Below are positions 1 to 8,398 of a stretch of DNA of 32,279 nucleotides, in pieces. How positions within the stretch are numbered: the first letter of the stretch is position 1; each line of letters starts with the position of its first letter. Position numbers and translations under genes: made by a program. Source of the DNA: Candidatus Micrarchaeia archaeon (GTDB lineage: Archaea; Micrarchaeota; Micrarchaeia; CABMEP01); assembly GCA_038881595.1 (NCBI GenBank), contig JAVZPM010000006.1, positions 1 to 32,279 on the forward strand, read 5' to 3'. Below the pieces are notes generated by a model that was not told where the DNA came from, searched no databases, and worked only from the letters and a program-made list of their open reading frames with translations.

Positions 1-353
1 CGTACTCCTCAAAGATTTTATCAACATTTCAATTTGTCCATTCTGCTGCACAAAAGAGTTCACCTTTATTTACAAAGAATAATTATAGGTTTGTACAGAG
101 TCATACTAGTGAAGATTCTAAGGATAAATTCAGAGATGATTCTGGAGAAAGATTAGAAAATAGTTTGGAAGCTGATGAGGAAGAAGAGTCTAGATAATCG
201 TCATTATACGCAAACACACAGTATTTTGTTCTTGTTCAAAACATCCTTAACATTTGATGTGATTTCTTCCTCAATACTTTTGTTATTGGTGTCTACTATA
301 AAATCCCTCTTAAAAGATAAAACTATTTTATTATCGTAGATTTCTACAAAACC
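1..353. mobile_element. Partial IS5-related element (one end), probably non-autonomous
   Basis: Ends in GATTTCTACAAAACC (339-353), 14/15 identical to the TIR of the IS at 362-1270. Positions 136-353 match the reverse complement of 32062-32279 with 14 mismatches in 218 bp by hand count. Confidence 0.8.
3..197 (+). other. Open frame (partial, acidic C-terminus ...ERLENSLEADEEEESR*) inside the left element
   Basis: Frame is open from the window edge to TAA 195-197. Its last codons are identical in the right-end copy. May be non-coding. Confidence 0.3.
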
Positions 354-361
354 CTTTTACA

Positions 362-1270
362 GGCTTTGTAGAAATCCTTTTAATTTATGAAGATAAACCT
401 CTTAACTACCAAGTTAAGGTAGATTTAATGAAAAATAAACAGAGCAAATTTAAAAAATACCATATTAGGCTTTCAGTTAGTAAAACAGAGAGATCTCTAA
501 ATATTCCAGTAAATATTCCAAAAAGAGGTTTACTCAACATTAATTTTTCTCCACTGATGCATTTTCTCTTCTTAAACTAAAGAAGATTCCTCACTTCACT
601 ACATTACATAAGTTCATGCAGAGATTCGATCCTGAAGTATTAAATATCCTCATATCAACTATCTTTTCACAGATTGTAAGAAACAAACTGATAGATATTG
701 CAGTGGATAGTAGTGGTTTTACTTCTTCCTACTCCAGTAAGTATTATGTAATGAGAATCAATAGAGAAACCACTTACCGGAATTTCATGAAGATATCTAT
801 ATTGGTGGATCCTAAGACTAAAGCCTTAATTGCAGTTAAATGCAGAAAAGGTCCTGCTCATGATACAAAGGATTTCATTCCTCTTCTAAGAAAAGCAAAT
901 AAAAAGATTAAACAAAGAATAAGGAATGTGATTGCAGATAAAGCCTATGATTCTTCCCAAAATTTCTACTTCATAGAGAAAGAACTGCATGCCAATGCAG
1001 TTATTCCATTAAGATGTTACAGAACTGGAAGGGCAGGAAGGCATACTATTAGGAAACATAGACCGTTAGATCCTGATAAAACAATTTATGGAAGAAGGAA
1101 TATGGCTGAAACTGTCTTTTCTGCAATCAAGAGAAAGTTTGGTGGAGATCTGCAAAGCAGACTCATCGAGGTAAAGAAGAAGGAAATTAAGATGAAAGCA
1201 CTTGTCTACAATCTATGTATTCTAATGACGAAGAAATCCTATTTTATCTTCATAGGATTTCTACAAAGCC
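362..1270 (+). mobile_element. IS5-family insertion sequence (decayed), 909 bp
   Basis: Perfect 17-bp TIRs GGCTTTGTAGAAATCCT (362-378) and AGGATTTCTACAAAGCC (1254-1270) around a DDE transposase. Flanks do not form a TSD (CTTTTACA vs TATATAAC). Confidence 0.92.
428..1270 (+). pseudogene. IS5-family DDE transposase, 5' part disrupted
   Basis: Catalytic motifs IAVDSSGF, IADKAYD and RNMAETVFSAIKRKFG are intact. The N-terminal YSSKYSKKRFTQH*...KIPHFTTLHKF has an in-frame TAA at 541-543 and an apparent internal deletion. ATG 428 is out of frame. There is no stop codon before the right TIR. Confidence 0.85.
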
Positions 1271-1277
1271 TATATAA

Positions 1278-1292
1278 CGAAACATTTATATA
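1278..1292 (+). promoter_or_regulatory. Archaeal BRE-TATA promoter of the transglycosylase gene
   Basis: CGAAACA-TTTATATA, with TATA starting 30 nt before ATG 1315. Confidence 0.75.
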
Positions 1293-1314
1293 TATCTTTT
1301 GCATTAAATTTTGC

Positions 1315-2673
1315 ATGAAGGAAAAGAAGTATTATGAATTAAATAAAAATTTATTTTCAAAAACTAATCATAGTAAAAATTCTTCCATTATTTGGAGTTC
1401 TTTTCTTCTATCAGCTTCTTTAATCTTTTCTTCTCCTAAAATAGCTAATGCGGATTATGAAACCCAAGACATATGTCCAAAAGATAGCAGATTGTACTTT
1501 TTTACATTGCAATCGGGTGAGACATGTAAAGGTGAAAAATTCGGTAAAAACCTTTGTTCAGAATGCAGGACAGAAGATGGAAGGGTGCTGAACACATCTA
1601 TTGAAAACATGCAAAAAAAGGTTGAAGAGGGAATCAATTCAGCTAATTCTGATGAAGGAAAGAGATATACATCAAAGGAAGTGAAGATCATAAAGGAAAC
1701 GTTAAGAAAATGGAATAAAGAAGAGCTTGAGAATCTGATCAAAAAGCTAAATGGAAATCTGGATGAGGAAGAACGAACTATATTCAGAGGAGCGCTTGAA
1801 CATTGGCCAGACATAAAGTATCATGCAATGAGACTTGGTATAGATCCAAGAATTGCATACTTAGTTGCAGTTGCAGAATCAAGATTTGTTCAAAAGATAG
1901 GAAAATCTGGCGAATTGTCTCCAATGCAAGTAATGCCTGACACAATGATATTGATGTTTAATAAATATGGAAGAAATGACGAGTATATAAAAGGATTGAT
2001 AAATAAACGGAAAGACTGGAGGAAAGATACCACCGCCCAAATAATACTTGCGCTTTATTATCTAAGAGACGGAATAAGTACTGTAGCTCCAATGGATTCG
2101 AAGATTGAACGCCTTAATGCAAAAGATCTCCTTAAGATTTATCACTTTTATAATCGTGGCCATAATAAATATATTGTGAATAATTGGTGGCAAGGTGACA
2201 ATTTTGCAACTTGTGTAAGCAAGTATCTCAGACTTTATCCAGAAGTTGAAAAATTCATAGATGATTTTATACGTGTGAATAAAGAATCAGATTCAATAAC
2301 CAGCAAGACATGGAATTCTTATTTTCGCATTGAGAACGAAAAGAAAAAAGACCGACAGATGAGAGAAATAAAGAAAGAAACGAAGACTGCCGTAGGTATG
2401 AATACTGGTAAAAATAATGAGCCAAAGAGTGAAGACATAATTAAATCAAGTTTAGGTGCGAAAACAGCTTCAAAACCCCCTACATCAATAAAACCTCCAG
2501 AAAAAACAAATAAGAATAAAAAACAGCAGCAAAGTACACAAGATTTGCACAAGAACCTAAATGTATCAGACCCAAAGAAAGAGGATGAAAAGAAAAACGA
2601 AATTGAAAAATATAATAAAGAACTTGAGAGATTAAGACAGATGCTAAAAGAACTAAAAGAAAAACTAAAATAA
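1315..2673 (+). CDS. Secreted lytic transglycosylase (SLT/lysozyme-like) domain protein, 452 aa
   Basis: SLT motifs: GIDPRIAYLVAVAES (catalytic Glu), SPMQVMPDT (GLMQ-like), ALYYLRD, FYNRG (AYNAG-like). Signal-like leader FLLSASLIFSSPKIANA, a 4-Cys N-terminal segment and a low-complexity/coiled-coil tail. The ORF track fuses it to the transposase. Confidence 0.82.
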   Translation: MKEKKYYELNKNLFSKTNHSKNSSIIWSSFLLSASLIFSSPKIANADYETQDICPKDSRLYFFTLQSGETCKGEKFGKNLCSECRTEDGRVLNTSIENMQKKVEEGINSANSDEGKRYTSKEVKIIKETLRKWNKEELENLIKKLNGNLDEEERTIFRGALEHWPDIKYHAMRLGIDPRIAYLVAVAESRFVQKIGKSGELSPMQVMPDTMILMFNKYGRNDEYIKGLINKRKDWRKDTTAQIILALYYLRDGISTVAPMDSKIERLNAKDLLKIYHFYNRGHNKYIVNNWWQGDNFATCVSKYLRLYPEVEKFIDDFIRVNKESDSITSKTWNSYFRIENEKKKDRQMREIKKETKTAVGMNTGKNNEPKSEDIIKSSLGAKTASKPPTSIKPPEKTNKNKKQQQSTQDLHKNLNVSDPKKEDEKKNEIEKYNKELERLRQMLKELKEKLK

Positions 2674-2697
2674 TGGTAATAAAGCACTAAATAAAAA

Positions 2698-3552
2698 TCA
2701 ATGAATTGAAATCCAAATTAAATAATGATCAGACATATCTAAAGTTATATTCTTTTCAATCCCGTAGTTCAGAAATCTTTCAAGCATGGCTCTGTTTATG
2801 ATTATTCTGTCATACGCACAATCGCTTTTACCAACTGTAGTGTCTTCATCATCTTTTATTAACCAAATCCAATCTTTGAAATCTTTTTGTGAAACGTTAT
2901 AAAATGAACAGTCTGCATTTAGGTCTCCGATTACTATTACTGGATAGCTTGCATTTCCAATCAATTGTTCTAGATTTCTTATCTCATTGGTTGCGTCGGA
3001 AGGCTTTGCATGAAGAACATAAACGATAACCCAATTATCCTTTTCTAATGAATTTCTAGCTGTGATATTCAGGGCCAATGGCGGCCTTTCCCATCTATTT
3101 TGAATATCTGGATTGAAATCCCGTATATTGTTAATTACAATCTTGCTTTTATTGTAAATGACCCCATATTCCTCTTTTATTTTAGTTCTTCCTGCCCTGC
3201 TGCTTGTAAAGCATGAGAATCCTTCTAATTTTTCACAAAGTCTCGCAAATGCGCTTCCATCTTCATCCCTTATTTCCTGAATAAAAACAAGGTCATAATT
3301 GGATATCTTGGCTGCGTATTTATGCAAGAGTGTTTGATTTTCAGCCTTTGAGTCTCCAAACACTTGGAGATTCCAAGCTGCGATTCTAATGCTGCTGTTT
3401 TCTCCGAAACTTAAATCCGTATCAAGATGTGTTTTAGCTTCATCACCAATATTTTGAAAAGAAATGGTTTCAAAAGAAATGGCTAAAAATAGCAGCAATA
3501 TCATAATCAGAAAAATAAAACGAATATCAATACGCAAGGGCGATCTTTCCAT
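2698..3552 (-). CDS. DNase I-like endonuclease/exonuclease/phosphatase, N-terminal signal or anchor
   Basis: IAAWNLQVFG, IQEIRD, HAKP, GDLNADC, DCAYDRII and SDHY motifs, with a hydrophobic N-terminus. Confidence 0.9.
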   Translation of the reverse strand: MERSPLRIDIRFIFLIMILLLFLAISFETISFQNIGDEAKTHLDTDLSFGENSSIRIAAWNLQVFGDSKAENQTLLHKYAAKISNYDLVFIQEIRDEDGSAFARLCEKLEGFSCFTSSRAGRTKIKEEYGVIYNKSKIVINNIRDFNPDIQNRWERPPLALNITARNSLEKDNWVIVYVLHAKPSDATNEIRNLEQLIGNASYPVIVIGDLNADCSFYNVSQKDFKDWIWLIKDDEDTTVGKSDCAYDRIIINRAMLERFLNYGIEKNITLDMSDHYLIWISIH

Positions 3553-3594
3553 GAGTATGTTTATTCAAAAACATTAAAAAAAGTGTCTTGTTTG

Positions 3595-4734
3595 TTATTT
3601 CGGAAGGGTAATTCTTACAGTGGTTCCATTTCCTTCCTTTGAGTCTATTGTTATTTTACCGCCATGCATTTCGATTATCCTTTTCGCATTAGTTAAGCCA
3701 AATCCATTTCCATTGATAAGGTCAGTTGTTGCCATGTCTTTGTTTGAGAGTACTTTTCTTTTAACATCTTCATTGAAGCCTTCTCCGTCATCTGAAATGT
3801 TTACATAGATCTCTTTTTCACCTTCTGAAAGTTCTATCCGCACTTCTTGATTAGAGTATTTTAGTGCATTCAACACTATGTTTTCTATTGCTCTTTTTAT
3901 TTTGTCTTCATCTCCTTCTATTACTAAATTTTCATTGCCAGAAAGAAATATTTTCTTGTTCGTTCTTTCTGCATATAATTTATGTAATTCAAAAATATGC
4001 TGAATTTGTTTTGAAAGATTGAATTTATTTTTCTTTAATTTAATAGCATCATGTAATAGCTTGTTATTTAACAGTATCTCCTCTATCATTCGTGAAAGAT
4101 CCATTGCGGAATTGTAAACTAAATTTAGAATTTGACGCTTATCATCACTAAGGTCATCATATTCAAGAAGAACCTCTATTCCGGACTTAACTCCAGTTAA
4201 AGGATTTTTCATATCATGAACTATTCTTGCGAGTGATTTGCTGTATTCTTGATCTGTTTTTTTCTTTTCATTTAAAAGTTCATTTAAATGCTTCATATAT
4301 TCTGTAGTCTGTTCATTTATTATCTGCTTTTGTTTTTGGATAGTTTCTTTCTGTAAAATTATAGTTTGCTGCATTTTAACTATTTTTTCATTTAATTTAG
4401 CAATCTCTGTTTTCAATTCGTTTATCATATTATCTTTGAAAAGAAGCTCTACATTCATTTCCATTTGATAAGAAATGAATTCTTTCTTTAATTTTTCAAT
4501 CTTCATTTTAGTTGCTTCTTCTTTTCTTGCTATATCCTCTTTTAATTTTTCAAGCTCTTCATTTGTTATAATATTTTCTGTTTTAACAGTATTTGAAAAT
4601 ATTTTACTATCACTTTTTCTTCTTAAAAAAGGAATACATTGTTCTTCTACCTCTTTTACATTAACTATATTTATTGGAGAAGGTAGCTTTTGTAGTAATA
4701 ATGATTTATATGTTGTATCCATAATGGTCGCCAA
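3595..4734 (-). CDS. Soluble sensor histidine kinase (coiled coil + HisKA + HATPase_c)
   Basis: H box HDMKNPL, N box NALKYS, G1 DDGEGF, G2 GNGFGL. No TM helix. Confidence 0.92.
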   Translation of the reverse strand: MATIMDTTYKSLLLQKLPSPINIVNVKEVEEQCIPFLRRKSDSKIFSNTVKTENIITNEELEKLKEDIARKEEATKMKIEKLKKEFISYQMEMNVELLFKDNMINELKTEIAKLNEKIVKMQQTIILQKETIQKQKQIINEQTTEYMKHLNELLNEKKKTDQEYSKSLARIVHDMKNPLTGVKSGIEVLLEYDDLSDDKRQILNLVYNSAMDLSRMIEEILLNNKLLHDAIKLKKNKFNLSKQIQHIFELHKLYAERTNKKIFLSGNENLVIEGDEDKIKRAIENIVLNALKYSNQEVRIELSEGEKEIYVNISDDGEGFNEDVKRKVLSNKDMATTDLINGNGFGLTNAKRIIEMHGGKITIDSKEGNGTTVRITLPK

Positions 4735-4764
4735 TCTATATTCGTAGTAAAAATTTAAAAATTA

Positions 4765-4989
4765 TTACCTTGTTCTATTTGTATCCATTCTCTTAATTCT
4801 TCTTTTTCTTAATAGATATCCAATAATCGCCAATATGAATATTATTAAAACTATGAAACTTGAATTTTCAGAAAAAAGCCATCTTGGATCTGAAATAATT
4901 TGATTTAGTAGATACAATAATGTACCTGCGATCAAGATCACTATTGCAATTTTCCATAAGCGCTCAGTTTTCTTTGAATTTTTTTCCAT
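4765..4989 (-). CDS. Small two-TM membrane protein
   Basis: Two hydrophobic stretches with basic flanks, co-oriented with the kinase gene. Confidence 0.7.
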   Translation of the reverse strand: MEKNSKKTERLWKIAIVILIAGTLLYLLNQIISDPRWLFSENSSFIVLIIFILAIIGYLLRKRRIKRMDTNRTR

Positions 4990-5061
4990 AACTGATTAAT
5001 GTCGGATAGATTAAAAAATATTATCATGTTGAATATATTTAAAAAATAAGAGGGGAATTCG

Positions 5062-5169
5062 ATGACAATTTCAGATCCTAAGCTTAAGAGGCTGTTAAGA
5101 ATGAAAGGGAAGATTTTAGCTTCTAAAAGAAGAGCAAGAATAAGAAAACTCAAAGAGAAAGACGAATAA
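5062..5169 (+). CDS. Small very basic protein, 35 aa (MTISDPKLKRLLRMKGKILASKRRARIRKLKEKDE)
   Basis: ATG preceded by a GAGGGG SD-like site and an AT-rich TATA-like box near 5035. Below the ORF-track cutoff. Confidence 0.55.
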   Translation: MTISDPKLKRLLRMKGKILASKRRARIRKLKEKDE

Positions 5170-5227
5170 TTATTGGGTTTAAAGAAAAGTATATATTTTT
5201 GATTGTGTTTTCTATTTTTAGATTATT

Positions 5228-5899
5228 ATGCGTGATATGATAGTATTTGATGTAGATGGAACTTTAGTAAACAGTCTTCCGCATGTTTACAAAAGCTACT
5301 GTTTAGCATGTCAAAAATTTAAACTAAAGGAACCGTCACTTGAAATATTAAGAAAGAATTATGACCAATCAAATAAATTTCGAAACACTGCAAAAGCCAT
5401 TGGCGTTCCTCCTGAGCTAGCTGATGAATTTAATTATTGGGTTTATGAATTTTTTAAAAAAGAAATAAGAAAAAATAAACCTGAGATAATACCTAATGTA
5501 ATAGATGTTCTTTATGCTCTTAAGGCAAAAGATATTGATTTGCATATACTCAGTCTTGAATTGTATGAAAATACAATTTATAAGTTAGGAGAGAAATTAG
5601 TAAATGAGGTTTTTTCTCGAATAATAATTCCGCATGATGGAAAGTTGGAAGCACTTAAACAACTAAAAAATACCTCCAATACTAAAATAGTATATGTAGG
5701 TGATTGTGTATCTGATGGTGAAGCAGCAATTTCTGCAGAGATTAAGTTTATAGGTCTTGCAACTCAATACAGCTTTAGTGAAGAAAAAAATATGATTGAG
5801 TTTGTCAAGAAGAATGTTGAAAAAGCAAAAGTTACACTTTCTCATTTCCACATCATATCTGTTTATGAAAAAATGATACGAAATGATATATATGGGTAA
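5228..5899 (+). CDS. HAD-superfamily hydrolase (phosphoglycolate phosphatase-like)
   Basis: Motif I FDVDGTL, motif IV YVGDCVSD. Confidence 0.9.
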   Translation: MRDMIVFDVDGTLVNSLPHVYKSYCLACQKFKLKEPSLEILRKNYDQSNKFRNTAKAIGVPPELADEFNYWVYEFFKKEIRKNKPEIIPNVIDVLYALKAKDIDLHILSLELYENTIYKLGEKLVNEVFSRIIIPHDGKLEALKQLKNTSNTKIVYVGDCVSDGEAAISAEIKFIGLATQYSFSEEKNMIEFVKKNVEKAKVTLSHFHIISVYEKMIRNDIYG

Positions 5900-6353
5900 T
5901 GAAAGTAAAAAAATTGAGAGGAGACAAGATCATCTGCTAGATAAAATAGAGAGATTTGATAGAATAGAAACTAATCCTTTAATTGAAAACAGTATTAAAT
6001 CACAGCAGCATTCTGTTATAGTCATTATAGATCCGGATCCTGCAGATGATAACTTTTATGAAAGCTTTTTTCCAGGAAATAAATTCATTAAATCAATTTC
6101 CTATAATGATGGGATAAAGTATGCAAGTAATGCTATGGAGGACAGAACTCTTTCCGCGATAATTATTGACGACGCTATTGAAAATGGAATGGCACCACTT
6201 TTAGTCTCCTTATTTAAAGCTTTGTCAAAAAAGACAAATTCAGAAATAAGTATATTCTTAACCTATAGGGGAAATATTAATATAAGTAAATATTCGGTTA
6301 AGCCTGATGTAATATTAAATAAAGATAATGGAAATTTCGAAATTTTTTATTGA
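5883..6353 (+). CDS. Divergent stand-alone receiver (CheY-like) domain protein; start may be 5892
   Basis: IVIIDPD (beta1), AIIIDD (acceptor Asp), IFLT (Thr) and DVILNK (Lys) in receiver spacing. Confidence 0.6.
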   Translation: MIYMGNESKKIERRQDHLLDKIERFDRIETNPLIENSIKSQQHSVIVIIDPDPADDNFYESFFPGNKFIKSISYNDGIKYASNAMEDRTLSAIIIDDAIENGMAPLLVSLFKALSKKTNSEISIFLTYRGNINISKYSVKPDVILNKDNGNFEIFY

Positions 6354-6456
6354 CTAATTTTATTTTTTATTAGTAATAGAAATTCTATTCATAAGGCACC
6401 TTTTTAGTTAATATACAAAACAAAAGATTTATATATAACATATTTGTTAGATTATT

Positions 6457-6708
6457 ATGGGAATTGAAAATTCCAAATGTAACGAAGATAAGCTTAAGAG
6501 ACATAACGAATACATAATAGAGGAAATAAAGAAAACCAAGGAATTTCAAGTGTATTCTAGAATTAAATTAATTTATGAAGATCTAATAAAAAAAGCAGAT
6601 GATAAAAAGAAGGAAATATACACACATCAATATAACATAGCTAGAAATATATTTACTAAGAGGATAGAAGTATATAATCAAAGATGGAAAAAAATAGAGG
6701 AGGAGTAA
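6457..6708 (+). CDS. Hypothetical protein
   Basis: ORF with upstream TTTATATA box. First gene of a tightly packed operon. Confidence 0.7.
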   Translation: MGIENSKCNEDKLKRHNEYIIEEIKKTKEFQVYSRIKLIYEDLIKKADDKKKEIYTHQYNIARNIFTKRIEVYNQRWKKIEEE

Positions 6709-7155
6709 ATGGATTTTATATCAAAATATAAGAATAATCCAGATCTCTTAATAAGAGAGAAGATGAAGAAGCTTTTATATCTGGAGAGTAAGATGTTGCC
6801 GGATATGGACAAAATTAAAACACCTTCTCAATTTTTCAAGGAAGTTAAAAGATTTGATCAAAGGAAAGATGATCTCGGTATAAGTATTTTTAGGGATATA
6901 ATTAGCCTCGATTTTGCAAAGATAATTACACAAAATACAAATTTAGAATTGAAAGATGCATTTAGAATGGTAAAGGGATGTATAGATATGCCTATGGCAA
7001 GAAAGCTATTTGACAGAGAAGCGGTTAAGGTTAAAGACGCAGTCTTGTTCCAATTAAATAAGGAGACTAGAGAAGAAATAGCAGAGTTATTCATTAAACA
7101 AATAAAGTCTGGAAAAAAGAAATTGAAATTACCAAAGAGATTTTATAATGAATAA
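6709..7155 (+). CDS. Hypothetical protein
   Basis: GGAGGAG SD, start adjacent to the previous stop. Confidence 0.75.
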   Translation: MDFISKYKNNPDLLIREKMKKLLYLESKMLPDMDKIKTPSQFFKEVKRFDQRKDDLGISIFRDIISLDFAKIITQNTNLELKDAFRMVKGCIDMPMARKLFDREAVKVKDAVLFQLNKETREEIAELFIKQIKSGKKKLKLPKRFYNE

Positions 7156-7166
7156 TTGGTGATAGT

Positions 7167-7745
7167 TTGTTTGATGATATAAAGGTTAATATTGGTTTTT
7201 TCAAATATCAAAAGTATAATGGTAAAATTTTTGATTATCCAATTGCTGAAATTATTGATAAAAAACATCATGGTATTATATATTTTTCTAAGATAAGAAT
7301 TGATTTCATAGAGTTCAACTACAATAGAAACGAAATAAATTATTATTTAGAACCAATTGAAATAAAATATACTGATTTATATGATAATAAAACTCAATTA
7401 ATATGGAGAAGAGTAAAAAAGAGAATAGAGAACATATATCTTTATAAAAAAGCTATCTTAAGTTGGATGGATAAAGAAAATATAGATTACTATTCTGTTA
7501 TAGATTACGGTCCTTTAAGTTTAATCTCTAGAGAAAAGACCCATATACTTAATTTTGAAGACACTAAAAATTATGTAGAAACATCAGACTTAAATAAAAA
7601 TGCAAAAGAATTCATATCCTCTCATAACTCGAAAGACGAAATCAACGAAAGGATAAAACTAATCAAAAAATTGTTGCCTAAAAATAAAAATCAAATAACA
7701 AAATCGATTATGGAAGGTATAAGAAAATTTAAAACTCAAAATTGA
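7167..7745 (+). CDS. Hypothetical protein
   Basis: TTG start preceded by GGTGA SD, operon context. Confidence 0.7.
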   Translation: MFDDIKVNIGFFKYQKYNGKIFDYPIAEIIDKKHHGIIYFSKIRIDFIEFNYNRNEINYYLEPIEIKYTDLYDNKTQLIWRRVKKRIENIYLYKKAILSWMDKENIDYYSVIDYGPLSLISREKTHILNFEDTKNYVETSDLNKNAKEFISSHNSKDEINERIKLIKKLLPKNKNQITKSIMEGIRKFKTQN

Positions 7746-7775
7746 ATCTGTTAGCTGGTATTAAAACGTGATTCT

Positions 7776-8324
7776 GTGAAATTTAGTGACATGTATAAGA
7801 AAAGAAATGAAGATAAATTTAAAGAAAAAAAATTTACTTTTAGAAAAGAATCGATCGATGACGATATAAGCAAGGTAAAAGAAGAAAGCAAATCAAAAGA
7901 TACCACTGATAATAAAGCAAATATAAAAAGAATACTATTTATTTCGCCTTCTTTAGCAGAGCGTACATGTATTTTAAAAAATACTTCAGAGCTTGATGTT
8001 TCTTTTTATACTTGTTCACACATTAATGAATTAACAAGTAGAAGTGATCTAAACTTAGTTTTTGACGCCATAATAATAAGCGATGAAGCTCTAGAAAAAA
8101 TTGATATGTTATCTGCTTCGAATTATATACATCTTATTAAAGAAAAATATGAACGCATTAATATCAAATCCCCACCAATTATCCTATTAACTGATTTCAA
8201 ACAGCGCTTCGAAACAAAATGTTTGCATCTTAAGATTGATTGCGTCCCTGATTTTCTCTACAAAAAGATATTCAAAAGAGAGAATATAGAACAGATAATA
8301 AAAAACCTTAAAGAATCAAAGTGA
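7776..8324 (+). CDS. Pseudo-receiver-like protein with charged N-terminal extension
   Basis: RILFIS, FDAIIISD, PPIILLT and DFLYK recall a receiver fold, but the beta1 acidic pair is missing. Confidence 0.5.
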   Translation: MKFSDMYKKRNEDKFKEKKFTFRKESIDDDISKVKEESKSKDTTDNKANIKRILFISPSLAERTCILKNTSELDVSFYTCSHINELTSRSDLNLVFDAIIISDEALEKIDMLSASNYIHLIKEKYERINIKSPPIILLTDFKQRFETKCLHLKIDCVPDFLYKKIFKRENIEQIIKNLKESK

Positions 8325-8398
8325 TTTTGGAAGATTTGATACATATAATAATTCGATTTATATATTTATTGGTTGATAGATAGTAAAGGTGGTTTGGT

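Noticed and set aside
616..2673. 685-aa ORF as an evolved transposase-transglycosylase protein
   Set aside because: The IS TIR, a BRE-TATA promoter and a signal-like leader lie inside it, and the transposase 5' region is broken.
4941..5153. 70-aa minus-strand ORF
   Set aside because: Weak start, overlaps a neighbouring gene, and is antisense to the better-supported basic microprotein.
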